Source of the DNA: Takakia lepidozioides
Lineage: Eukaryota > Plantae > Bryophyta
Assembly (NCBI GenBank): GCA_030704615.1
Contig: CM060734.1
Span: 15,128,001-15,192,000 of the forward strand
DNA length: 64,000 nt
Direction of reading: 5' to 3'
Both the position numbers and the translations under genes were made by a program. The notes below the pieces were generated by a model, which made no database searches, was not told the DNA's origin, and was given only the letters and a program-made list of their open reading frames with translations. Shown piece after piece: positions 38,553 through 49,285 of the stretch. Position 1 is the stretch's first letter. Each line of letters opens with the position of its first letter.

Positions 38553-39772
38553 ATAGCCCAAGCCCACCCCAACAATCTGGATTGGCATTTCGCCGTGGAG
38601 TGTGTTGTGCTCAAGGTTGCGGGGCCCAAAGATCACAGTCTTCTCAAAGCGGCAATGACAGATATCAACTCGTAAGTTACAATGCCTCTTGCTTTGGAAC
38701 TTTGAATTTGAAACAATCACTTCATTGCCAATCGTCATATTTGTTGCAAATTCTCATTTCTGTATTGTTTAATGGAAATGTGGCATTGCAGGGTGACTGA
38801 GAATGCCTTCATTGCCACCAACTTGTCCCATATGCTCTTCCGAGTGAAGGATGTCGGGAAGCAGAGGGTGCAAGAGTTTGCCAATTCGCTCAGTGCCGAC
38901 CTGCTGCGCAAGAGAAGAAAAAGTGTTGACCAGGATTTCTAATCATATCTGCGCATTCTTGACAGACGAAAATTCAGCAGGATTTGGCACATGCGCGGAG
39001 GTTCTACATGGAGTCAGAGGAGAAGAAACTAACCCTTCCGGCACTGGAATCGTATCTCAAAGCTGCGGAGGCGAAGGCCCGCATAAAGTACAAGTCGCGG
39101 ATGGTAAAGTACGTGGCCATAGCTGATCCCGCCCTTGGTGCCGACTTTCTGGTGGAGGTGGGGAAGCACTACTCCCGCGCTCTGAAGCCCACGATGACAT
39201 TGGAGAAGCTGCATCGTCTAGCCACATCCTGTGTGGATGCAACAGAAAAAGTTATACATTCTTAACCAAAAATGTCGTGGCAACAATTCGTTTTTGTGGT
39301 GTTTGGCGCTTACTAATATGCTGGGTGGTTGGACAGACCCGGTGGCTCCAAATCTGGAATGGTTCCCAAAGTACAAGGGACATGTGGAGCTTCCCCAAAC
39401 CCAACAAACTGTCCGACCCCACATTCGACATGTGGATGAATCGCATGACATGGTGGTTTCAGGTACTTTCCCATGCTTCATTTGGGGCTTCTACTCTTGT
39501 ATTGGATGGATTTATTGTATTTTTTGAGGAAAGCGGTCTGATGGAGAATGTCCACAGGTGACGACGAATGCGCAGGAGCAGCTTGACACACAAGCACATC
39601 AGTTCAAGCTGGAGATTTCTGGTGAAGCAAAGAGCCTACGCGACTATGTGACGAGGTACTTTCTGCTCTACAAAACCGACCTATTCTTTCGAAAGATACC
39701 CCATGCCCGCCGAAGCCACGAGTTCACCGACCAACCGAACACGGACAAAGCGGCAATGTGCCTTCTGTACAG
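38553..39772 (+). pseudogene. Middle exons of the ParB-like/methyltransferase-like gene
   Basis: IAQAHPNNLDWHFAVECVVL...AMTDINS | intron 38672-38791 (phase 2 consistent) | VTENAFIATNLSHMLFRVKDVGK ... RMTWWFQ | intron 39463-39557 | VTTNAQEQL...LLYR | GT donor 39773. Confidence 0.6.
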
Positions 39773-39861
39773 GTACATACGCGATGCTTTTCTTTTTAGT
39801 CCCTACATTTCGAGGATTTAAGAGGCCTTATGTGGCGCATGAAAATTAGTTGTGAAGAAGT

Positions 39862-40580
39862 CCTTGGAAAAATGGCGCCGAATTTCCGGATTCGGGCCCT
39901 GGGGGATGGCTGTCCAGGGGGTGGCTGGCACTCAGTCTGGAAATTCGGCGCCATTTTTCCAGTTGCAAGCCCAGTCAGATGTGGGACTTGGCCATTCTCG
40001 GCCCCAACCTGGGAAAATGGCACTACATTTCCAGTTTAGGGCCCCAAAAATGGCTAAGTCATTGGGGTGTCTGGCACGAAACTGGAAATTCGGCGCCATT
40101 TTTCCACTCTCGGGCCCAGTCAGTTCTGGGACTTAGCAATTTTCGGCCCCAAGCTGGGAAAATGGCACCAAATTTCCACTTCAGGGCCCCGAAAATGGCT
40201 AAGTCCCTTGGGTGGCGGGGCCCTGAAGTGGAAATTCGGCGCCATTTTTCCAGTTCCGGCCCCAGTCAGTTCTGGGACTTAGCCATTTTCGGCCCTAATC
40301 TGGGAAAATGGCGCCAAATTTCCACTTCAGGGCCCCGAATATGGCTAAGTCCTTGGGGTGGCTGGCACCAAAACTGGAAATTTGGTGCCATTTTTCCAGT
40401 TCTGGGACTTGGCCATTTTCGGCCCCAAATCTGGGAAAATGGCGCCAAATTTCCACTTCAGGGCCCCAAAAATGGCTAAGTCCCTGGGGTGGCTGGCACC
40501 GAAACTGGAAATTCGGCGCCATTTTTCCAATTCCGGGCCCAGTCAGTGCGGCGTCTATTTGTCTATTCGGCGCCATTTTT
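39862..40580. repeat. ~145-bp fold-back (palindromic) tandem array inside an intron
   Basis: GGAAAATGGC at ~39866, 40012, 40157, 40303 and 40434. Each unit pairs GGAAAATGGCGCCAAATTTCC with GGAAATTCGGCGCCATTTTTCC. The array lies between donor 39773 and acceptor 40659. Confidence 0.9.
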
Positions 40581-40659
40581 CGCGTCTATTTTGCAGTTTC
40601 ATTCCCTATAATTTACCTTGTTCCCGGGACCTCATTCTCTGTGTGTTTCTTGAATGCAG

Positions 40660-41759
40660 GTACTGCAAGTTCTCCCTTTTGGAGAAAGGTCATCTGTCCT
40701 TCGAGCCGCCATTCTTCCTCGCATGGAGGAACCCTGGGGCTGACTCCATGTACACTGACTTGGTACCAGCAGCAGCAGTCGCAGGACCTTGCACAAAGTC
40801 GTTGTCGAAGTCACTCCCTTGGGGCCCCTCCTGCGCCTCCTCTGGTGGCCCGGTGGTTTTCTATTTTTTGGGGGTTACTGTACTCCCCTGTTTCCGTGTC
40901 CTTTTCTTTTGACCTTTATTCTTCTCATTCAATTTCTCCTGAATACCTGCCTGAGCAAGCTCTGCCGCTTTCCTGGACTTGGCAAGCGCTTTCGCCTCCT
41001 TTGGACCCAGCGGAGGCAGCGGAGCCCGGTTTCGTCGAGCCTCCGCATCCAACTTCAATTGAAACTCGGATGAGTCGAGCGAGTCGGGCGGAAGGTCCAC
41101 ATACCAAGGGCAGTCGCGCAAATGTTCCAGATGCCACTCCTTCACCCAAGTCAGTTCGGACTGGGACTGGCTCTGCCAAGAAGTTGGCATTTGAGGGCGA
41201 GCCTACACGGCGGTATCCGGCGGTGACGTTTCCGCAGCGGCCAAAGCTAGAACCCCCAACCATCATACAATGTGTCAATGAGAGCTTCCTTGACGCTCTG
41301 GCTGCCAAGGCGAAGAAGGTGAGACACAACAAGTCTGTGGAGGAGCTAAAGGGGAAAGCCAAGAAGAGGGCTCCCAGTATAGAGCCTAAAGATACCCCTG
41401 GTTTCGAATCCATGATGGAATTCTTCACGGCTGTGAGCACGGATTGCAAGAACAGTCGGGGGGCGGTTGAGGTGGAGAGAGCCTGCGATATGATTCTCCT
41501 CGATATTCCAGATGGGGAGCTGCTGGAGGGCCTCGATGGTGTGCCCACCTGGAACAGGTTTACTGAGGACTATTGGAGAGCCGGGTTTGGGCTGACAGGG
41601 ATGCTCCTAGATGACGGTGGATGTATTGTGGTCCTTGCCACAAGAGGGAAGACCACAGACAATGTTGTGGCAAGGTGGACACTGAAAAGTGTCACCCCGG
41701 TCCTCCTCAAAAAATGGTTCTGCATCAATACGCAGGGGTTGCGAACAGAGGGCCAGAGT
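40660..41759 (+). pseudogene. Exon(s) encoding the motif IV-VI half of a beta-class amino-DNA-methyltransferase-like domain
   Basis: The acceptor at 40659 is phase-consistent (R|YCKFS). CDMILLDIPDG (DIPD at 41502-41513) ... MLLDDGGCIVVL parallels vDLIfTDPPY ... rvLkpgGsl. Donor AGT|gtaagt at 41760. Confidence 0.65.
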
Positions 41760-42429
41760 GTAAGTTATCAATCTATTGCATTCACTTCATATTGTGGTGC
41801 AATGACGCAATGGCGTGAGCACGCGAGCGTATGCTCACGCCAGCTGACGTGGCGTGAGCGTGCACCCACGTTGACATGGCGTGAGCATGATGTCAGCAGG
41901 CTGATATGGCGACAAATGTTGATGTGACACTGCGCCGTCATTTGCCACGTCAGCATGAACATGCGCCGCCTATAACCGAGGATGGTCCTATGACCATGGG
42001 ATTAATGCAGGGAATCCTTGGCTGAATACAATGAAGACTACCATGGGGCCTACAATTGTAGCATCCAACATTGTGCAATTACAAATGTTTGTTTCACTTT
42101 TACAATTACAAGGACGAGAAAATATCCTCACAAAGTATGCGCCATAGAGGCTGCCACGGGAAGACCTTGCTCCCTCCCCAAATAATACTGAGAGTTAGGA
42201 TCATCTTCAAAAAATGATTGCAGTGCATAGCGACAGAAAAACATGTAGACTTCGAAAAGATACAATGATGCATGGTTTTGAAAAGTGTTTCACTCAGAGC
42301 TCCCTCAGTATAGTTGAAGTAATACTGGAGGGATAAGGGATGTCATATCATTGCACTGCCGACGAGGGCAAAACGAATTGATTTGAATTGAATTCCATGA
42401 CAAGGTTGCAAATTGCACATTTCATAGGC

Positions 42430-43560
42430 ATGGTTGTCCACAGACACACATTGCATAGCAGAGGCTACCTATGTGTTGTATCGGCTTGCAATGAGTATTG
42501 ACCTCGTTGAAACTCAGAGTGGCCTGGTGAACGAAGTTGTCACGTTGGGATCGCAAACCATCATCTTCAAAAATATGAAATACAAACTGTTGGCAGGGTA
42601 TGAATTTGAATCTCTTGCCCAAACTGGTTGATAGCATATTCACAAAATAGGACATGTGCAAAATGGGAAAATTGAAAACCGTGATGTCGTAGGCCCTGTC
42701 ATGAACAGCAGATGTCGAAGTGATTATTGTGTACACCTGACCATGTCCTGGATCGGGCACTTCCGTGGTGCTTGCAACACGAGCTGGAGCATTCTTAGGG
42801 ACTCCACTTTGCCGAAGTGTTCAGCGGTTGGAGGGCAACGCCGAAACCAGCTTTACATCTCGTTTGGTTGGCCACAGTGAGGATTTGCCAGAGGGACCCG
42901 AGAGGATGATAGAAGTAGAAGCACATGCATGCAGTGGGGGTTGTCTCGCAAGGGAAAAGTCTGCCTCCTCCAGCATCGAAATCTCCTGACTCGTGAGATG
43001 TGTTCCCTCTTGATGGGCCAAACGGTTGGAGAAGCTGGCTTCATCACCACGGAAGGACGCACAGTTCATGCACACATCTACTACAATCGTCTGAGCAGAA
43101 CCAGAACTTGTGGTTTTTGGCTCTGAGTGGCCGTATGGACACATCACACACGGTGAAAGTTGGAGTAGGAGTCGGGGCACCACCTCTGGATATAGAGATG
43201 AAGTGCACTTTTCGAAAATTAGTTGCCCGTGGTCGCTGTACATTTCACACGAGAGACCTTGCACTGTGTGTTCTATGTGCCAACTTGGTCGGGGATGTGG
43301 ACTCCAGCACATCAAGGGGGGTAGTTTCTCTCCTGCCTCATTTCAGTGGGCATTGTTTGGATGGAGCCTGCCGTCGTGTCGGAGGTTCCCAAGAAGAATG
43401 GACGGTTCCGGACATCGATCTGTCATGCAGGGAAACCCGAGGCTCGAGAAAGAAGTTATCATGGTTTGCCCTGTGCGAATCGGAATCCGAGCCAGGTGGG
43501 GTGTTCTCAATTTTCTCTTACAGGAGCCGAAATCTTCCTCCCTTTCAAGATGTGGAATTA
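42430..43560 (-). pseudogene. 5'-truncated, frameshifted SWIM zinc-finger ORF
   Basis: RAYDITVFNFP-(CTC in shifted frame)-FVNMLSTSLGKRFKFIPC...FVHQATLSFNEV follows the YxV-x-CxC-xn-CxH SWIM pattern, degenerate. Upstream is FWFCSDDCSRCV. Confidence 0.6.
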
Positions 43561-43599
43561 TAAGAAAAAGTGGCGTTTCTGGGCATACAACAAAAACAA

Positions 43600-44780
43600 A
43601 AAAAAAAACAGAAGTGCTGATCAGCGGCACCGCCCCATCGCATCCACCCCCCAAATGCCAAATGTCAAAAGCCAACTTAAATTTATTTTTTTTAAAAAAA
43701 AATCGGAAAGTGATGATCGGATGGCACCGACAGAAGTGATTGTCGGCCAACGACATCAAATCCACCAAATGCCGAATGTCAAAAGCCAAAAAAAAAAAAA
43801 AAAAAAGAACAGAAAATGATGATCGGCCCGATATTGTCAGAAGTGATGGTCTGAACCGACCATCGCATCCGCCCTAATGCCGAATGTCAAAAGCCAAAAA
43901 ACAAGATCGCGGCACTGAAAGAAGTGATGGTCGGCACCGACCATCACATCCACCAAATGCCGAATGTCAAAGCCAAGGAAAAAAAAAAAAAAAAAAAACA
44001 AAACGGAGAGTGGTGATTGGTAAACTGAAGTGATGGTCAGCACCGATCATTACATCCACCCAAATGCCGAATGTCAAAAAAAAAAAAAAACAAAAAAAAA
44101 AAAAAAAAAAAAAAAAACGGAAAGTGATGAATCGGCAGCACCGACAGAAGTGATGTCGGCCCCGACCCCATGATCCCCACCACCGAAATGCCCAACAAAA
44201 TAGTAATACATAAAATAAAAACAATAAAATTTTATGTATATATATGATGGCGGAGGGCAGACGGATTTTCACCTGCCCGACACGAATGCCGTAATGTACA
44301 AAAGCCAATTTAAAATTTAAATAAGAAAAAAAAAACGGATATCCACCCCCCTGATTGATCGCGGCACGGAAGAAGTGATGGTCGGTCTGACCACCATCCA
44401 CACCAAATGCCGAATGTCCAAAAAAAAAACAAACAAAATAAAAAAAACCCAAACCTGAGCGTGATGACGTGATTTGACACACGGCCACGGGCACCGCATC
44501 CACACCGACCTGTGTGATGGTCAGCCACACCACCCAATTGCACCGACATGAAGACCATCAAAAAAAGTATTTTTTGTATAATTTTGTTTTAATAAATTAA
44601 AAAAAATCGGGGCACAGACAGAAGTGATGGCCGGCCACGATCATCACATCCAACCAAATGCCAAATATCAGAAGCAAAAATAAAAATAAATTAAAAAATA
44701 GAATTAATGATCGGCACCGATCATCACATCCACCCAAAGCCGAATGTCAAATGCAAAAAACAAAAAAAAAAAAAAAACAG
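43600..44780. repeat. Hairpin plus poly-A repeat array (~100-120-bp units)
   Basis: Units read GAAGTGATGGTCGGCACCGACCATCACATCCACCAAATGCCGAATGTCAAA plus an A-run. There is a perfect 11-bp stem at 43924-43947. Confidence 0.9.
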
Positions 44781-45075
44781 TCTACGGCTACCAATTCGCG
44801 GGGGCTATAGGCCCCTTTCTTCACCCCCTTCGTCCGCGGTCATAGGTAAGACCGTGGGAAATGACATGGCGAGGCGTGACGTGGCGTCAACCACGCTGGC
44901 GAGAAGGCTGAGAACGTGGCGTCGGACCCTTGAGCCAATGTGGCGAGAACCGGTGACGTGGATGAGATTGGCCGCGCTCACACGCTCACGCGGCTAGGCT
45001 CACACGGAGCATCCCCCCATTGTGGTGTATCTGAACTAGACCCTGGAGTTGATCCCTCTTTTGTTGGATGTGCAG

Positions 45076-46217
45076 ATATGGTGGTGTTTGAGGCATATTG
45101 TTGTTGTGAAGCGAGGGGTCTACGTTCAAATTCCGCAACGACGGTCGTCTTGTTGATACCGTTGTGGACCCTGTTACCTACGATGTCCTCTACAACTATG
45201 TGCCCCACTCCAGTATGCCGAAGGACACAAAGACAGGCAAACCGTGGTGCTACAGCCGGAGCCGGAGCCCTGCTTTCATCCAAACCCTCATGGAGACGTG
45301 CTCGGATGTCCAAGGGCGGATTCTTGACCTCAACATGCGGCACGGGGTAAGCCCTCACGTGCACAGTTTGTCCCCTGGCCCGATTGCAATTGCATGCGCA
45401 TGCTACTAACTGCCGCTTTGTCCATTAGGTGCTTCAATGTGGGCAGGAGGGACGTTGTCCGACAGGCATGTCTTCGCCTTCAAGCCAGATACTGCCCTCC
45501 ACAACTCCGAACTTGCAGCGGCTGAACGTCTGCCGAAAGAGGAAGAGGCATCCTCTGAGGAAGAATCCGACAAGGAGCAGGGGGAGGTACAATTTGGGAT
45601 CAAGGCCGAGGAGCCCCCGGTTTATGAGTGAGTGGTCGCATTGTAAGTTGCCTCCTGATTTCGTGAAGCACCTCCCTTCGCTCTCTTATTTCATTGAAAG
45701 AACCTTTGTGCTTCTGCTGGTATTGACATTCTTGAAGTGGATTTGTTCTTACTGTAGGATGCCAAGTACGAAGGAGGAGGGACGTCTACACCGCAGTTTA
45801 TGGGCAGGAGGAATGTGCCTTTTTTTTACAGGGGGGATTTATGCCGGAGTCCAGAAAGGGACTACATCCTTCCTACTTATGCTGCCCGGCTTGCTTCGGT
45901 GTCCATTAGGAGGTCTTCCGAACCTAGTCGTGTACAGCAGATTTTAGACGGGGCAAACCTCAAGAAAATGAAGATGAGGGAGGAGGCAGCAGCTATTAGA
46001 GCCCGTTAGGCTCGTAGATTTGTCTGGGATTGCTGAGGAAAGTGAGGGAGAAGAGGCAGAAGATTCCCAGGAGGTGAGGTGGACAGTCCCCCAAGGAGAT
46101 GACGGTATTTTTGAGAGGCATAGTGGAACTGATGCATCTCATAGCTCAGAGGATGGGGGGGATGAGGGGGATGAGGAGGAAGGTGGGGCAAGTTCCTCGG
46201 AGGGTGTAGGAGAGTAG
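45076..46217 (+). pseudogene. 3' exons encoding the motif X/I-II (SAM-binding) half of the methyltransferase-like domain plus an acidic tail
   Basis: Phase-0 acceptor at 45075. RSPAFIQTLMETCSDVQGRILDL, then TCGTG in the +1 frame, intron 45347-45428, then ASMWAGGTLSDRHVFAFKPD. This parallels KPxxLxxxLIxxxSxxGDxVLDPFxGSGTTxxAAxxxxRxxIGxExD. A further intron lies at ~45628-45758. Confidence 0.7.
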
Positions 46218-46443
46218 TGCCCATTCCGGCTATGACAGTTAGGACACACTTGTATAGATGTGGCTTGCCACAAAATTTGCAATAAAATGTTGCATTTCAT
46301 TGCTATGACGAGTCCACTGGTGCCAAATTCCAACTTCATATGACCCTATTTCCATGCCTCCTATCCCTATTTCCCTGGACACACAATGGTCCGCTCATGT
46401 TTTTTTTTTTTCCGCTCATGCTCATGCCGCTCATGAAATAGCA

Positions 46444-46620
46444 GCCCCCTATAGCCCAGTGGTAATGGGCACATACCACGTTAGATGTGGTTGTGGGTTC
46501 AAACTATGGTCTGGTGTGTCATGAAGGTGTCCACCTTTCAGCTGGAAGGAAGTAGCCCTTGTGGTGAAGTGACACCATAAGTTATGCTCCCTTCGGGAGG
46601 CGTCATACTTTTTTTTTTTT
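46444..46620 (+). other. tRNA-derived Pol III head (SINE-like or tRNA pseudogene) ending in a T-run
   Basis: A-box TAGCCCAGTGG (46452-46462) and B-box GGTTCAAAC (46496-46504) have canonical 45-nt spacing, with T13 at 46608-46620. There is no convincing cloverleaf. Confidence 0.5.
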
Positions 46621-49285
46621 CCTTTCCTTTACCAGCCATCCCCCCTATCAGCCACTGCCAGTTCTTGCCCTTTGCCGAGCCATCCATCCTCACCAGCCTG
46701 GTGCTCCCATCAGGCCCCCACCTCCCCCCCCTCACTTTCCCACAGCACCAGAACTCTGACATGCATCAGCCTCTACCCCTGGCCTTTTCGTACCCCACAG
46801 TTCATTACCTCCCAGACATGCCACCCCCCCTTACTCTTTACAATAACCACATCATAAAACAACCTACCAATACGAGCCTATCTCTCCTCTCCCTCTCCTG
46901 CCAATGTGCCTGATCCCTCCCTTCCCCCTGTCACCTGGCCCCCAAACTCTGCCTCTGATCTATGGCATGCTCCTGCTCACCACACTTGGTTCCCCAATTT
47001 ATATTCCGCTGGCTTTCTCTCCCAGTATGTGTACTTTACTCTCTTCCCAATCTCATGTTGCCTCACTTTGCATATTCCCATAATAGGCCTTACAGTGCCC
47101 TCACTATATGCCCCATGTTCTAACTCCCCTCTCTCTTTTACAGGATGCGTACCAAATCTCCACTCCACACATTACATATGTCCCACATATGTTCCTGTTC
47201 TTCATAGTCAGCACCACCTCTTTTTACAACTTGGTAAGCCCTTTGGCTTAAGGGAAGATCTATCTCTTCCCCTGATTCACTTGCCTACTCTAACAATTCT
47301 CTCTCCCAGGCTTGCCCCACTATCACCACCTGCTCAACCCTGTCACATCCAATCGGTACTGCCTCGTATTCATACCCAAGAGCCCAAAGATGCCCCAGCT
47401 ATCTCACCTCTCTGCTGCCAAAGCATTCTGCTATTCCATCTTACCCCACTGCCCCAAAACATTGCCATTGGCATCCTCTATGGCTTAGCTCAATCCCCAG
47501 TTCCTTCACTCTATGTACTCAGCCAGTAACCTCCCTTACCCATTCCACCCAATTCACCCCCCCACACAGGTGAGTGCCACGGCCTGTCTCTTCTCACCCC
47601 CACTGCCCATCTGCTGCCCCAACCTTAGGTCCCCTTCTTCCTACCATGCTTTCCAGCTTCCCTTCAGCAACTATCTGTCAAACCCAACACCCACCCAGCT
47701 ACCCAAAAGCCAGCTAACCTTAATCTTGTCTGCCTAGACTCCGCTAGACCCCTTTTGAGCAGCCCCTCTTCCAAGTCTATTCCCTCCCCCCCCTTCTGGG
47801 GCTGCCACATTCATGATAGCCACCACCCTAACAGTCTACCCCCCTCTTTACAATCTTGCCACAATGCCCATACCCCTCTTAGCACATACAATATGATCTC
47901 ACTCTACACTGCATCTCGTTCTAACCCTTACTTCCTGATTGCAGGCTATCCATACAACACTTACCGCACAGCACACCCACACTTCCCCCTATGGGGCTCT
48001 CTCACACAATGGTCCTCTGTATTCCACTCAGTCAGTTACATATGACCCGCATATGTCCATTCAAATAATTTGCAAAAAGCTTCCACACCCCTACCAAGTA
48101 CGCACATATGTACACTCGTCACACCAGATCTGGCACAACAATCTCTCACCACAGAACTCTTGCGGCACCCTGCGCTGTCATCCCACAGAGCCCTCTACCC
48201 ATTCCGAATTCCATCTCTCCAGCAATTACATATCATATGCCTACCCACCACTCACAAGGGCCCTCGTTGCCTCACCATTTCATCCCTACCCCCTGCCCCC
48301 CTCCCATCATCCGTGTCACCCCACCCCCCTTGCCCAGATTTGACCCATATGCCATGCCAAGCCCTGAAAGTGATTACCTGTTATCTCACCAGCCCACTTC
48401 CCACAACCCAATCCCACACCCCCAACCCAAGACCCAATCAATTCTACTCCTACTTGACACCCTGCCACATGCAATACTCAATATGCCTACACATATGCCC
48501 AAGCCCACACACAGCACATAGGAAACATAACCTGCCACCAATTTTCTCCCATCCCACGCTGCTTGACCAATAGAATTCCCACTGTCTAAGCAAATATCAC
48601 TGGGCCCTGCCCACCTCAACTCCATTTACAGCTCCCTACCCTTGCCTGCACCCAATATTAACCACCAATCAACACTTAATGATATACCAGACTGCAGACT
48701 GCCAAAATTGCAACCTCTTAATACACAACTCTTCAAGCTGGATTAATGACACCCCCCCCTAGTAGTCACTACCTCCCACTAACCAAATCAGCGTTTACTC
48801 CCAACCTCGAACCACCACACCCAACCTCACCCACAGTACACAGTAAAGAGTTGTTTACTGACAAAGGCATGCCACCACCTTGTCATGCGTTTACACTTCT
48901 TAATACCTCTCCTGACTCCAGCACCTCTCAGCCACCACCCAGGCACAAAAGGCTAACGGCTCTAATTACTACACCAAGACGACCCTGCCGCTAGGCTACC
49001 TCACACTACTGCCATATTGCCCCCACATATAGGGTGCAGCCACACCCCAAGCCAGCCACTTCCTCCCCCCCACCACCTTGGCAATTTTGTCTCAACCCGC
49101 CCTCTCTGCTCTCAGCACACTGCCCATCTCCCTTTTTTTCACAGCTCCCAACTGTTGGCTTCTCTCTACGTATGTCTCTTTCCAAACTTGGTAGTACCCA
49201 GAAAAGTACAGGCAGTATCCAAAAGCACCATCGTCCCCTCTCTACTATAGTCACCCGCAGCAAACGAGCTAGCTCACTCTAGCTC

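Larger units (their letters stand above)
41800..45018 (-). mobile_element. Non-autonomous Mutator-like element with a 9-bp target-site duplication
   Basis: ATTGTGGTG at 41791-41799 and 45019-45027 flanks it. TGGCG(T/A)G-type motifs occur at both ends and it carries a SWIM-finger ORF. Removing it leaves an 88-nt GT-AG intron. Confidence 0.78.

Noticed and set aside
40308-41927. 539-aa ORF as a single protein
   Set aside because: Its N-terminus is translated intronic repeat and its C-terminus runs through the 41760 donor into the inserted element. Only the central part is likely coding.
46444-46520. Functional tRNA gene
   Set aside because: A and B boxes are present but the acceptor and anticodon stems do not pair convincingly.
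46584-49282. Numerous Pro/His/Ser-rich ORFs
   Set aside because: They are by-products of extreme C-richness and carry no domain signal.
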